DNA of 64,000 nucleotides from Vicugna vicugna (Eukaryota), in NCBI GenBank assembly GCA_013265495.1, contig MU058198.1, forward strand, positions 7,517,779 to 7,581,778. Direction: 5' to 3'. Position 1 is the stretch's first letter. Every line of letters begins with the position of its first letter. Under the pieces are notes generated by a model. The model was given only the letters and a program-made list of their open reading frames with translations. It ran no database searches and was not told the DNA's origin. The position numbers and the translations under genes are program-made. This document shows, one piece after another, positions 40,701 through 52,676 of this stretch.

Positions 40701-41274
40701 GATGGGGAAACTGAGACCCCAGGAGAGGGGTGGAGGGCTGAGTTCCCAGCGGATGAGTCGCGCTGCCGTCGCGCCTCCGGAAGCCGCCCTGACTGCCGCG
40801 TCTCCGCAGGTGCAGCACCAGGGAGACCCCTTCGGGCTGCCCGGCTTCTCGCCCCCGCGGCCGCCGGTGGCGGGTCTGAGCGCCCCGGCCCCGGGCCACG
40901 CGGGCCTGCCGGTGCCCGAGCGCCTGCGGCTGGACGCGGCGGCGCTGGCCGTGCTGCCCCCACTACTGGACGTCGTGCGCCGCCGCCAGGCCGAGCTGAA
41001 CCCGCGGGCGGCGCGCCTGCTGCGGCGCCTGGAGGACTCGGCGCGCCAGGCCCGCGCCCTGGGCGCCGCCGTGGAGGCCGTGCTGGGCGCGCTGGGCGCC
41101 GAGACAGGCGGGCCCCGGCCCGAGCCCGCCGCCGCCGCCGCCATCGCCGCCGCCGCCACCGGGGGCGTCTTCCCGGCCAAGGTGCTGGGGCTCCGCGTGT
41201 GCAGCCTCTACCTCGAGTGGGTGAGCCGCACGGAGGCCGACCTGGGCCAGCTGGCGCCCGGGGGCCCGGCCTGA
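37766..41274 (+). CDS. CTF1: Cardiotrophin-1 (IL-6 family cytokine); 3 exons, 609 nt, 202 aa
   Basis: Join of 37766-37790, 38945-39063 and 40810-41274; GT-AG introns. MSRREGSLEDPQADSSVSPLLHLEAKIQQTHSLARLLTKYAEQLLQEYVQHQGDPFGLPGFSPPRPPVAGL...VFPAKVLGLRVCSLYLEWVSRTEADLGQLAPGGPA*. No signal peptide, as known for CT-1. Confidence 0.97.
38240..38340. promoter_or_regulatory. Intronic regulatory element: GC boxes, paired ACTACA/ZNF143-type motifs and a CACGTG E-box
   Basis: ggactacattccccagcctgccc (38278-38300), cacgtg (38305-38310), reverse tgtagtcc (38329-38336), ggggcggggcggg upstream. Confidence 0.6.
38945..39063 (+). CDS. CTF1: CTF1 exon 2
   Basis: ccaccag|AAGACCCC...GAATAT|gtgagt. Confidence 0.95.
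39522..39614 (-). mobile_element. tRNA-derived SINE (Vic-1-like) in CTF1 intron 2
   Basis: Reverse complement of the consensus; TSD ggcactttt. Confidence 0.88.
39796..39950 (+). mobile_element. tRNA-derived SINE (Vic-1-like) in CTF1 intron 2
   Basis: ggggagggtatagctcaagtggtagag...gggttcaatccccagtacctcc. Confidence 0.88.
40810..41274 (+). CDS. CTF1: CTF1 exon 3 (lies in a CpG island)
   Basis: ccgcag|GTGCAGCAC...GCCTGA; corresponds to the C-terminal part of ORF 40702..41274. Confidence 0.96.
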   Translation: MQHQGDPFGLPGFSPPRPPVAGLSAPAPGHAGLPVPERLRLDAAALAVLPPLLDVVRRRQAELNPRAARLLRRLEDSARQARALGAAVEAVLGALGAETGGPRPEPAAAAAIAAAATGGVFPAKVLGLRVCSLYLEWVSRTEADLGQLAPGGPA

Positions 41275-41792
41275 GTGCTCCTCGGCCTTCTCCATCTCTC
41301 TGCCTTGCCTCTTCGTCTGTGTTCTCAGACTGTCTCCATCTCTGTTTGCTTTGTACGCTCTTGATTTCTTTTTCTCTCTGGGACCTGCTTGTCTGCTTGT
41401 GACTTACTATGTCCATCGTCCCCTTGCTTCCTCCCTTTTTCTCCATCGCTTGGGCCTGCCTCTTTGTGAATCTCTTTGTCTCCCCTCTCCCCATCTCTTC
41501 TCATCTCAAGGAGGGGGCACCTGTCACTCTGTTTCCTTCTATCCCTGTCTGTCCTTTCTTGGCCAGGGACATGCCTGCTTGCCCTGTGGTGGGAGGGCTA
41601 CTCCAGACAAATTTCAGCCATCTTCCCCCAGCATCACTCCACCTGCTGCTCTCCCCCTCCCCATCCCATCCCTTGGGCCCTGCCTCCATCCCTTTGAAGT
41701 CCTTCTCCTTCCCCTCCCTCTGCCCTAACCCTGCACCTTCCCTTCCCCTCAAGTCAGGTCTGCGGAGAGAAAAAGTCAACTTCTTAAAGAGT

Positions 41793-41798
41793 TTTATT
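41793..41798 (-). terminator. Candidate CTF2 polyadenylation signal (AATAAA)
   Basis: First canonical minus-strand hexamer I can find after the CTF2 stop at 42630. Confidence 0.55.
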
Positions 41799-41822
41799 TC
41801 TGAGAATAAGTTAATTTTTGTA

Positions 41823-41828
41823 AATAAA
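41823..41828 (+). terminator. CTF1 polyadenylation signal (AATAAA)
   Basis: First AATAAA after the CTF1 stop codon; an ATTAAA follows at 41839-41844. Confidence 0.75.
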
Positions 41829-42629
41829 ATTTTTAAAAATTAAAAGTTACCAGTATATAGTTGTTGAAAATGGGGAGACACGTTTAAGGAGAATAGGATC
41901 CTTGGGGTACAACTTGGTCCCCCAGACATATCCAAAAGCCACAGTACAGATAGGAGGTTCGTGAGAGCCCCAGGCCAGGGAAGCAATCTGTCAGCGCAGA
42001 ACAGAAGTGGATGGGTCCCAGCAGGAAACATGTGACATGAGTCCTTAGTTTTTCAAGAATTTGACATCCATTGATTAGGAAGTGAAACACCTTAAGTTGG
42101 GAAGTTGGAACAGTGGCCACAGTCAGAGAGGTAGACTAGGGGAGGAAATGAACTTCCACAAGAAGGGAGGCCTGTTTGCTTAGAAAGCCCATATCTTCAT
42201 ATAGCAAGTGAGGTAGACAGGAGAGACAGCCCCTGGACTTCCCCAAAGTTACATGAAGGGGAAGATCTCGGGGAGAGCCCAGGGAGGAGACCAACTTTAC
42301 TCTCCCTGTAGAGTGGGAGGTGGAGCCTCTTCAAAGAGATAGTTATTTCCACCCAGGAAGTGGATAACCAGTGCCACTGGACTGGTAATCCACGAGATGA
42401 TATCCACAGAATGCCACCCAGATCTGGAAGGGAGGCCATAGGACCTAGGCAGGAAGGCCCAGGCAATAGGGACTTGAGGCCTAGTTCCCGGGAGATGTTC
42501 CCAAATCCATATCACAGAAGCCCTGTCTGCTAAACGAGATGTGTCTCCTTACTACCCAAAAAGCAAGGCAGAAAAGAGACCATTGTGAAAGGGGAAGTGT
42601 TGCAGCCTCTGACCCGAAGTCCACCTCCT

Positions 42630-43088
42630 TTATAAAGGGTATTTGGCCTTGAACAGAGCCAAGTCTCTCACAGCTCGGTCTGTCCACTGGCCATATTCCC
42701 GGATTACTATGTAGCCTCGACATTTCTGCTCGAAAGCCGAGGCCCCAAAGGGAACAAGTCCAACAGTATCCTCTGCTCGGGGGTTGGGCAGACCCAGGGC
42801 AGTCATGATGGCAGCCACGTTGCCCAGCATGCCTTGGGCCCTAAGCCTTGCATCCCTGAGCTGAGCCAGCAGGATGGGATTGTCAGGGTTCAGGTCTCTT
42901 TGGTCGTCCCCCACGAGCTGGAGGTGCTGGCTCAAGGCCAGGAAGGCCCCTTGGACACGGCTCAGACGCTCCCCATCATCCAGGGCATTCCAGGTCTTGA
43001 AGGAGATGTCGGCAGGAGGCAGACTGCTGAGCTGGAGCTCTGGGGCTGAGAAGCCAGGGTCACTAAAGGGGCTGCCTTGAGCCTGGAG
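42630..43088 (-). CDS. CTF2: CTF2 exon 3
   Basis: atgcag|CTCCAGGCTCAAGGC...CCTTTATAA; uninterrupted 152 codons plus stop. Confidence 0.96.
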   Translation of the reverse strand, partial: LQAQGSPFSDPGFSAPELQLSSLPPADISFKTWNALDDGERLSRVQGAFLALSQHLQLVGDDQRDLNPDNPILLAQLRDARLRAQGMLGNVAAIMTALGLPNPRAEDTVGLVPFGASAFEQKCRGYIVIREYGQWTDRAVRDLALFKAKYPL

Positions 43089-46000
43089 CTGCATGAGGGA
43101 CAGAGACAGATAGGAGTGAGGGGACTGAAAGGCTGTCCTGGGGCTCCCCTGACTGTTTCCCATGAGACTGGCACCTTCCCAGTTGCTACTCCCTGCCTCT
43201 CAGGGAGTTGGTGGAATGTTCTAGCACAGAGCCTGGGCTCTGTTAGGTTCCAACTCGGCTTCTTCTGCATACGAGTTGTGCAACTTTGAATCGCAGCTTC
43301 AGTAATTCCCACATGGCACTGTTACAGTGAAGATGGTAAGAAGTAATTTATATAAAGCACTTAGCAGAGCACCTGACATACAATAAGGGCATTAATACCA
43401 TTCACTAATGATATATTTGTATTTATATCATGAACATGATGATTATATTACTCAGGACAACATTTTCAATCTAAATACATTATTGACAATATATTCTTGA
43501 CAATTTACATCCCTGTTTCCTTCTTATTTATGGCATTTAGTGGTTTGTGTTTGTTCATTTTATTATTTAAAAAAAATTGGGGGGAGGTAATTTATTTTAT
43601 TTATTTATTATTAGAGGAGGTACCGGGGATCAAACCCAGGACCTTGTGCATGCTAAGCACACACTCTCCCACTTGAGCTATACCCTTCCCCTGTTCACTT
43701 TATTATAATCATTAATAAATAATTCTTAGTATTATTGAGTTTAGTTGAGTGACTTCTCCATTCAAGTTCTCACCTCCACAAACCTAGATGCACAGAATTT
43801 TAGTGTACACTGATAAAACCCTAACTGACAGATCACCTAGTCCTCCACCCCATCTTACAAGTGGGGAAACTGAGGCTCAGGGTTCCCAAAGAAACCCAGG
43901 GACTGGTGGCATATATGGACTAGAAACTAGATTAAGTAACTTCACATGGACGTAGAATATAGTACAGTAGAAGAGTCACGAACTGGGGCCTCCAGGGACC
44001 AGGTAGATCAGGTCACTTGGGAAGAAGGTAGGACAAACACGGAGAGGGGCTGGAGGCCAACAAGATCCCCATGCCTGTTTTTTGACAGACATTCATACTC
44101 AAAACTTGAACAAGCACTGCATGGCCCAAACAGAAAACACCTGTGGGTCAGACCCAGCCAGCAGACTGCCAGTTTGAACTTCTAGAGTTTTGTGATCTCA
44201 GGCAAATTATTCACCTTCTCTAAAACTCAGTTTCCTTATCTATAAAATGGGTGATAATTCCACCTCACAGAACTATTTGAAGAATCAGTAGAATAATGAG
44301 GATAGAGTTCCCAGCATGGCATAGGACTCAAGAAAGCACAGAGATGGTTGTGGAAAGAACCATAACCCCATCAAGCCCTTCCCTCTGTGTGCTTCCTTTG
44401 AGTCTTCTACTAGTCCTGAGAGGTCAGCCAAGGCAGGCTCACCATCCTATTTGGCAGAAGAGGAAGCTGAGTCCGGAGAGAAGGAATGACTTGCCCAAGG
44501 TCACCCAGCCATCAGTGACAGCGTTCTTGTGGGTGTGTCTCTAGTTGGCAGAGCCCCTGTACCTGGACCCACGGAGGAGCCTTCTGGCCTTTCTCTGCTT
44601 CCCCTACCCAGGGCTGGGCCAGAAGGGCAGCGCCCTCTCCCCTCATCCCCTGCGCATGTCACTCACGTAAGTCTGCAGCAGTGTTGACATATTCTCCTGC
44701 ATGGAAAGCGCCAGGTTGTAGGCTTGAGTGATGCGCTCAGCTGGGGACATGGGGGCCCCCCGACTGAGCAGTGGCAGCAGCAGGGTCAGCAGGCAGAGGA
44801 TGGCTTGCAAAAGAAATCAGAGGTCAGCACTAAGGCCCCGTCTTCGCCTGCCAATTCATTCATTTGTCAAAACAGCTTCTCGAATGGGTACAACCTTTGT
44901 GGCCTACAAAGAACAATCTTGTGTGTCCGAGTCAGGGCAGAACCACTCTGTAAGGAGATTATTTCCAGCCTAGGACATTCCCCTGAACCCCAGACCCACG
45001 TATTCAACTTCCCACTTGACATTTTCCACTGGATATTAGTAAGCATCTCAAATTCAAAATATCCAATGCTCAGATCTAGAGTCCCTCTTCCCTGCCCCCT
45101 GCCCCGCAGACTTCCCCACCTCAGGAAAGAGCACGTCTATGTTCAGGTGCTCAGGTCAAAACAATGGGGTCCTCTCGGATGCCTCATTCTCTCCTTTTCT
45201 CCACATTCAACCTACAGTAGATTCTGTTGGCTCTGTCCTTTAAAGGTGACCAAGAGGTCTATGTTTCTTTATCTGAGCACTTATGATAAGGATATGTTGA
45301 CCTTGTGAAAATTCATTGAGCTCAAGACTTGTCCCCCTTCCCTATACTTTTTGCTAGTTATAATAAAAAGCATATGCTCTGCCACTGAGCTGTATCCCCT
45401 ACCCCCCTTATACTTTAAAGTTTGAAAAGATGTATCCAAAATCCAACTACTCTCCTCCTCCGACTGCTACCGGCACCTCCTGCCTGGACGTTACCATAAC
45501 CTCCCCCGGGGTCTCTGCCTCCTCTCTTGCCTCCCTCGGCCACCTCGCAGCTCCCCAAGTCTAGCTAGGTCCCTCCTCTACCCAAACCTTCCCGTGGCTC
45601 CCACCTAACACGGTGAAAGCCAGTGTGGGCTCCAAGGCATCTGAAGCATCCTGAAGCATCCCCAACTCAGGCTTTGCCCTTGCTGGGCTCTGCCAGAATC
45701 ACCCCCACACTTTCTCAAGGCTGGCTCCTTCTGGTTCTTCAGGCCTCAGCTCAAAAGCCCTTCCCTCTCCCCACTGCACAGTCTTCAGAGCCTCCTGCTG
45801 TTTGCAGCTACCTTATTTATTTGGCTACTTGCTTGTGGCTGTCTCTCGCCTTAGAATGTTGGCTCTAGGAAAGAGGAAACCTCACCTGCTTCATTCACTG
45901 CTGGTTCCCCAGCACCTAGCCGAGCTCAATAAATATTTGTTGAATGAATGGATGCTGTCATGAACATCCTTATCCCAGCCTCTTTGGGCACTGCTGAAAG

Positions 46001-46578
46001 TGGGAATATCTGCTGGGAGGGATGTTCATTTTAAATTTGAGTAAATGCTGCCAAATTGTCTTCTCAAAAGTCAGGCCCTGTTTACGTTCCCACCAACGGT
46101 GTGAGGCTCAGAGAGGAGGGGAATTACCTAAGATCACCAGCAGTGATGGAGACAAGAGGGAAACCAGGATGGCCTCCTTTGCTTCCCTGTCTACTTTCCT
46201 GAATTCCCAGAAGGTGAAGGCCCTTTCATTCATTCATTCAACAAACTTGGATCACACGTCACCTTCTATTACACTGGAATTATAATTTCCTTATTTATTA
46301 CATGTATTGGCTGCAGAATGAAATCTCCATATAACCATGTTCCCAGATACTTAGAATACTACCTAGCACATAATGAGCACTCAATAATTATTTCTTGAAT
46401 GAATGAATGAATGATAAATGAAGCCTTCTGTGTGTAAGGCTTTGGAGGTTCTCAGCAGATGCAAAAACAGCCAGGCACACGAGTCAGACAGGCCAGAGGG
46501 CCCGGGCAGTCCCCCCTCACCTGCTGGTCTCAGGACCCTGGCGCCCTGCCCCCGTCACTCACCTAGCTGGCAGCTCAT
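42630..46578 (-). CDS. CTF2: Cardiotrophin-2 / neuropoietin; intact ORF, 3 exons, 612 nt, 203 aa
   Basis: Join of 46578-46563 (MSCQL), 44803-44667 (AILCLLTLLLPLLSRGAPMSPAERITQAYNLALSMQENMSTLLQTY) and 43088-42630 (LQAQGSPFSDPGFSAPELQLSSLPP...ASAFEQKCRGYIVIREYGQWTDRAVRDLALFKAKYPL*). GT-AG introns with the same phases (1, 0) as CTF1; hydrophobic signal peptide; strong resemblance to mouse Ctf2 as recalled. Confidence 0.95.
43560..43691 (-). mobile_element. tRNA-derived SINE (Vic-1-like) in CTF2 intron 2
   Basis: aacccaggaccttgtgcatgctaagc...cacttgagctatacccttcccc. Confidence 0.88.
44667..44803 (-). CDS. CTF2: CTF2 exon 2 (signal peptide and first helix)
   Basis: ttttgcaag|CCATCCTCTGC...CAGACTTAC|gtgagt. 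Confidence 0.93.
46563..46578 (-). CDS. CTF2: CTF2 exon 1
   Basis: gagagcATGAGCTGCCAGCTAG|gtgagt; phase 1 fits exon 2; TATA box upstream. Confidence 0.85.
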
Positions 46579-46655
46579 GCTCTCGTCTTCACTCCTTCCC
46601 CTCGGCAGCCTCTGGGTAGTTCTGGGGCACCTGTCCTCCCACCCACTCAGGTGCC

Positions 46656-46661
46656 TTTATA
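46656..46661 (-). promoter_or_regulatory. CTF2 TATA box (TATAAA)
   Basis: tttata on the plus strand about 80 nt upstream of the CTF2 ATG. Confidence 0.7.
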
Positions 46662-48397
46662 CCTGGAGCTGAGCACTAGGGCTGTCCACCAGGGAGGGAA
46701 GGAATCATATCCTGGGGGTGGGGTGGGGAAGGTGCAGATGCCCCAGAGGAAGGTGAGAGGTTGGGAAGGTGACATCCTAGTCCCCTTCAGCCCCCAAACT
46801 CGACCTTAAACCCTGGTTGCTGGGAGGAAGGGGGCAAGGCAGGGAGGGGATTATCGGGGGACAAAGGGGCCGCCCTGCTCCCTGCTGCTTTGCACGTCCT
46901 GGGATCCAGTTTCCCGTGAGGAGGCGGCCCCCTGCTCCGCCCCACAGGGACCCAGGCATTGGGCCCTGGCTCCAAAGGAGTTTGGAAAAGGGACAGGAGG
47001 GGTGGTGTGTGAGCGACATCACCCACACCCAGGTGCACCCTTAGACACAGGAGCATGTGCACGTCTACACACGAGTTAGCAAGTGGGCACACACCAGACA
47101 TGTGCACACACGTTCATCTGTTCATTCAGTCAAGTATATATTGACCCCTATAGTGTGCTGGTCCCTGTTCTGGGCGCTGGGATAGGGGAGGGAACAAGTC
47201 AGACACGAATCCCTGCCCTCGTGGAGATGACACTCTAGTGGACATGCCTACACCTGTGTGGTACCACACACTATGCCGGGGAGAGCCAAACAGACGAGTG
47301 CACATGTGTCCCTGCAGATGCACATGAACACCCAGCCACACCCAGACGCCCCACCAGAGGCCCCACCAGAGGCACATGCTCGGAACAAACACGTACACAC
47401 ATAGCATGTACACACACACATGCCCATGTGTGTGCAGATATGTGCAGCTGGAAGTGAGGAGTCCTGAAATCTAGCCATGACCTTGCTGTCCTGCAAGATC
47501 TTAGGCCAGTGGAGGCTTTCTGCCCAGGTACAGTACACAGGGACACACAGACACATACCTGAGGCCCTCTCCCCCACCCTACTCCACCCCACCCTACCCC
47601 TGGGGAAGCCTTGTGACAGAGGGGAAGGACAGAGAGATAGGTCCAGCGTCATGGTCCTTCTCCAGACCTTTCCCAATCTCTCCTTAAGGGAGATTCAGTT
47701 CTCAGCCCCTGCCCACCTGCTGAGTCAGAGAGAGGTCAGCCAGACGCCCCACTTTGCTTCCATCCAGTTCGGGGCTAGAATACAGCTCTACCTCCCCCCT
47801 CACCCACACTGGGGCTGGTGTGGAGGGAGAAGGAACACACCCTTCCTGCTAAGGCAGGAGCTACAATCTGTTCATTCATTCACCCATGTCTACATTCAGT
47901 CAGCAGTTATCAGTGGAGGCCCTGCTGTGTGCTGGGATGTGGGTGAATAGGGGCACACAGTCTAGTGGGGAGACCAGCAAGAAACATGTGAACAGATTAA
48001 AAAAACAAAATTTCCTAAAGTTACAAGGTGCTGAGAAGAAGCCAAAACAGGTTAATGTGACTAGCTGGGGGTAGAGGAGACTTAGATAAGGCGCCTGAGG
48101 CCCAGAGAGGGGCAGCTACTTACCTGGAGTCTCACAGCCAGGCCAGGACAGATCCTAGACTCCTGCCCCCCAGCTTGGGACTGGATCTGGGGTGTCCCCG
48201 ATCTGAACTGTGAGCTGAAGGAGGGAAGACGTTGAGGGAAAGATGGATTCTGCGGTGGGGAATCCTAAACTGGGTCTCCAAGGCCAGGGGCTGCCAGGGT
48301 TGCCAGGCAGGGCCTGTGCTGGGCAGGTGGTGATGTCAGGGGATTAGACCAGGCTCATTGAGGTGGCGCACTGAGGCGTGGGCCAGGCCAGGTAGTG

Positions 48398-48424
48398 GAG
48401 GAGGAGGAGGAAGAGGAGGAGGAG
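48398..48424. repeat. (GAG)n simple repeat
   Basis: gaggaggaggaggaagaggaggaggag. Confidence 0.85.
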
Positions 48425-51400
48425 GGCAGGAGCAGAGGACGGAAAGAAGGAGGCAGATACTTGATCTGGTGCTATTCACGTGTGGACAGCATACGTGGGG
48501 CTGAGCCTCACCCCACAGGGTGGGCTCGCCCTCACCCAACCCCACCACCTTCCACTCCTCTTAGGGACTTCACTTTCTCTCTCTCTGGACCCCTAGCTGC
48601 CCTTCACAGCTGGAGGAACTGGCCCCTATCACAGACCCAGCTCCATTTGACCAAGGTGTCTGTCTTGGCAGAGATCATTAGTTCTGCCACCCTGCCCTGC
48701 CCCACCTCGCAGCCCACCTGTCTCCATCTCTGTTTTGGTCTCACCAGAAGCTGATGCCTGGGAAATCCTAGCAACTTAGAATTACCAAACCTCCCTGAGC
48801 CTCAGTTTGTTTCCTCATCTGGAAACTGGAATAATCATTCCCACCTCCTAGGCTCTTGCTGACTTCACCCACCTAGTGCCTTGGCCCCTGCTATGAAGCC
48901 CCTTCTGGGCCCCTCAAGCTTTGCCTCAATGTTATATAATGCCCCCAACCAATGGCAAAAACCTCAGTTCCCCACCCCCCCATGCTTGGAGCCCAATCCC
49001 CACCAACCACACTACTGCTCCCAAGAGATCTGTTGTCCATCCACCAGGACACTCAAGCATGACCCTAATGTCATCCTGCAGGTCATATAATGAGGCCCAT
49101 TCAGAACAAACAAACAAGAACTCCAAGCCAGATCCCCACCCTGACCCCAATATTAAGCCAAATCCCATTCCCACCCACCCCTGACTGCAAATCTTCATCT
49201 TTACCTCTCCAGGCAAAGAGAACAGCTAGTGCAAAGGCCCTGAGGTGGGAGCATGCTTGGCAGGTTTCAGGAACAAACAAGGGCAGTAGACAAAGAGATT
49301 GGTTGTTGGTGAGGTATGACAAGAAGGAGAAGAGCAAGGATGGCCTTATCCCCTCTCGCCACCCCCGTACCTTTCCTTGACTCCCCAGCGCCCTCTGGAT
49401 GAAGTACCAACTCTGTAGCCCAGCTTTCAAGGCCTTCAATAACCCATTCCCTGCACAGCCTTGCACCACACGTCTTGCTTTTCCCCACCTTCTATCTCAG
49501 CCACGAAACCTACTCCTTGTGCCTGCTCAGCACCAGCCCCTCCTATCACTCTCCCTGCATAGAAAGTGCTCCTGCTCCCCCTTCACTTGACACAATCTCT
49601 CTCATACTTTAACCTTCAACTTGGGTTTTACCTCCTCGGGGAAGCTTTGTCTCCTCTGCCCCCTCAGGATTCTGGCAGCCCCTTAACTCCCCCTCTCTGT
49701 CTACTTATCACCCTGCATTGTAATTCTCAGTTTCCTTGACTCTCTCCCTACACGACAGGGGGCAGGGACTTGTCATCTCTACAGCCCTAGCCCCAGGCCA
49801 CCCTCAAAGGAGACACCTCAGTGAGTGATGGGTGAAGGAAGACGGGGGCTCTGCAAGCCAGGCCAAGGAGTCTGGTCTGCACCTGATCTCAAGGTGTGCC
49901 CATGTCAGTGACGGGGAGGAGGGCTGATTGGGCAGTGAGGGCATGTGGAAGAGAAGCCCCCAATGCAAGGACCAGCAGGATGAGCAGCATAGCCCAATTT
50001 TTATTGATTCCCTGAGCCTCTGCAGCACTGTTCCAGAGGCTGGGGGGTGGTGAACCCGATTTAGGGGCATCCTGCCCTCCTGGGAGGCACAGCCTTGCGG
50101 CTCAAACTTATTTATCAATATCATCACTAACAGCGCTGCCTAAGGGCCTGTGTAATAACTGTGTAATAACTCATATTTCCTTTACAAAACCCCATGGGAT
50201 GGATAGTACTGTTTGCCCATTTTACAGATGAGGAAATTGAGGCACAGCAAGGTTAAGTGATTAGTTCAGGGTTACCCAACTAGTAGGGAGCAACTACTAT
50301 GGTTTGAACCCAAGCTCTGCAGCCAGGGCTCTTTACCTTTATCACCGGCTCTAGTCTCTGGGGTTCGACACTTTCCAGCCTATGAGCCCTTTCCACAGCC
50401 CTTGTCACCCTGGGTTCCCTTCAAGGAAACTGATAAGGGGCTGTCATCACCATTTCGCAGATGAAATGCAGAGGGAGGAAAAGAATCATATTTTTTAGCC
50501 TCTATTATGTTATCAGTCACTTTATATATAGATATTATCTCAGGTAATCCTTATAATGACCCCGGGAAGTAGGTCTTATTATTCTTCCCACTTTCACAGA
50601 TGAGGTCCAGAGAGATTTGGTGACTTACCAAGATTACACAGAGAATCAACTTTAGAGGCCTTGAACTCAGGGGACTGGCTCCGCTGTCCAGGCTGTTCCC
50701 TGTCATCCCCAAACATAGCTCTTTTAGTGTCCCAAAGTCTGCACCACCATCTGTCCCCATGCAGGAAGACAATGGTTGGACACCACTGTGACAAAGTGGG
50801 AGCCACTGAGCCAGCATGCTCTGTGTATATGTCCTAACCCCATCCCAGTCCAGTCCTTGGCACCCTCTGGAATCCAGCCAAGCTTCGCCTCTGCTTCTTG
50901 AGAAGCCCTGGGCTTGATAAGAAGGGCCAGAGGAAGAGGAAGAGCACAGACCAGGAGCAGAGTCTGATGGGAGAATGGAGTGTTGGTTTTAAAATCGGGA
51001 GGAAGTGGAGAAAAACCAGGAAGCCTGTCCTCCATTCACAATTTCATACTGAATTCCCACTGCATGACCCAAACTTCTCAAGAGACGTGACACATGAACA
51101 TAGTCTAATCAGATGAGTAGACCTACCAAGTAACAAAAATGACCCTAAAACTATACTAAACACTGAGTGCCAGAGATGCAGAACTGAACAGATAGGTCAG
51201 TGGAACAGAAGAGAAAGACCAGGAATAGAGCCATGTAGACAGGAATTTGGGATGTGATAAAAGGGATATTTCATACAAAGAAGAATAAGGATAAACTATT
51301 TATTTTAACATTTTAAAAGGTATTGGGACAGCTGGAAAATTACATGGAAAAGTTTCAATTAAATCCTGTAGTGAATACAGCTGGTGTCCCACCCAGATCC

Positions 51401-52676
51401 CCTTTACTGGCAGTGAGCCCATCTCCCAGCTGGTGTGAGTATTGGCTGCTCATGACTCCCAGCCACCTCCTCCCTCGGGCTGGACTGAGGCACCCACTTG
51501 ATGGCAATGGAAATGTGGTGGTGGACACACTGATGCTGACGGCCACTTAGGATGCTGTACTGCCTTTGGAAGGCATGGCTGAGATGCCAGCGTGGGAAGA
51601 ATACAGCACCATTCTTCAGGATGAGGTACACACCTTAAACCAATGGCTAATTCATGCTGCTGGGACCCAGACATATTACCAAACAGAAGTTCATATGGCT
51701 GATGCATAGTGAGGCCAAACAAACTGAATCATCAGAGTGTGGAGCAGAGAAAGTTTTATTGCAGGGCCAAGAAAGGAGGATGGGCAGCTTGTGCTTGAAA
51801 AACCCCAAATCCCCAGTGGTTTTGGAGGAAGTTTTTCTAGACAAACCTTGGGGTGAGGGCAGCAGGGTGTGTAACTTTCTTCTGATTGGTTGGTGGTGAG
51901 GTTAACAGGGCGGTGTTCCAGGAATCTTGTGCTCAGCCTGAAGTTGCCAACTTCCACCTGGGTGGGGGCCTTAGTTCCTACAGAAGAACTCAAAGAATTG
52001 TTATGCATATTCCCTGAGGAGGGACCAGTACCCTGCCTTAAGGCTACATTATCGTTAATTGACAATTCCTCCCAGGTCTCTGCATCCCCTCCCTTCCCTG
52101 ATTAGCAACTGTTTGAATCTGCCCTTTGGAACTCAGGGAAGGTCAAGGAGGCTGAATGAAGCATATTTCTTACAAAACAGAAACTGGGTCACGGAAAGGA
52201 TTTGTACCAGGGAGGACCCCCAGGGTCCTGCTGTTTCAATCTCCCTTTTCTTTGATACTCCTCAATCTTGAGAACAGGGAATAGCATTTTGGATAGAGAG
52301 GTTAATCATAAACTCGGCAGAGGTACTTGGTTTCAGTTCCCATTTCTCTTTCAGTTTTTTCCCAGCTCTGAAGGAATGGGATGATGACCGCTCTGTCTAC
52401 TTCCTGCTGAAATGGGGTGTAGTCCTGCTTCAACTTGAGGAATGGACACGGAATTGAAAATATTCCTGAGTTCCAAATCCTGGATCCGAATCTAGTATGA
52501 TTAAGGTCTCAATCTCATGATCTGCCATTTTGGTGCAACAGACCCAGTTAGAGGTAGTTGGAGTGACAACCTGAACTTTAATTACAAAATAGATCTCATT
52601 CCCTGAGAAATTCAGGATAATGAGTCTGGACCTGGTGATTTGTGGAGACTTGTGGCCAGGTATCCATTTGTCTAGA

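Noticed and set aside
40580..41494. Long ORFs (304 aa minus, 253 aa plus and others) overlapping CTF1 exon 3
   Set aside because: Shadow frames of very GC-rich coding sequence with few stop codons; low-complexity Arg/Pro/Gly/Ala products
43089..43163. N-terminus MGNSQGSPRTAF... of ORF 42630..43163
   Set aside because: Intronic: a polypyrimidine tract and CAG acceptor lie at 43089-43091, and the true N-terminus comes from exons 1-2
44724..45308. 194-aa plus-strand ORF
   Set aside because: Antisense to CTF2 exon 2 and running into old repeat-like intronic sequence; no recognisable protein features
46515..46562. Alternative CTF2 donor CAG|GTGAGG 42 nt into intron 1
   Set aside because: The extension reads GGT GAG TGA, an immediate in-frame stop, so it would not give a coding isoform
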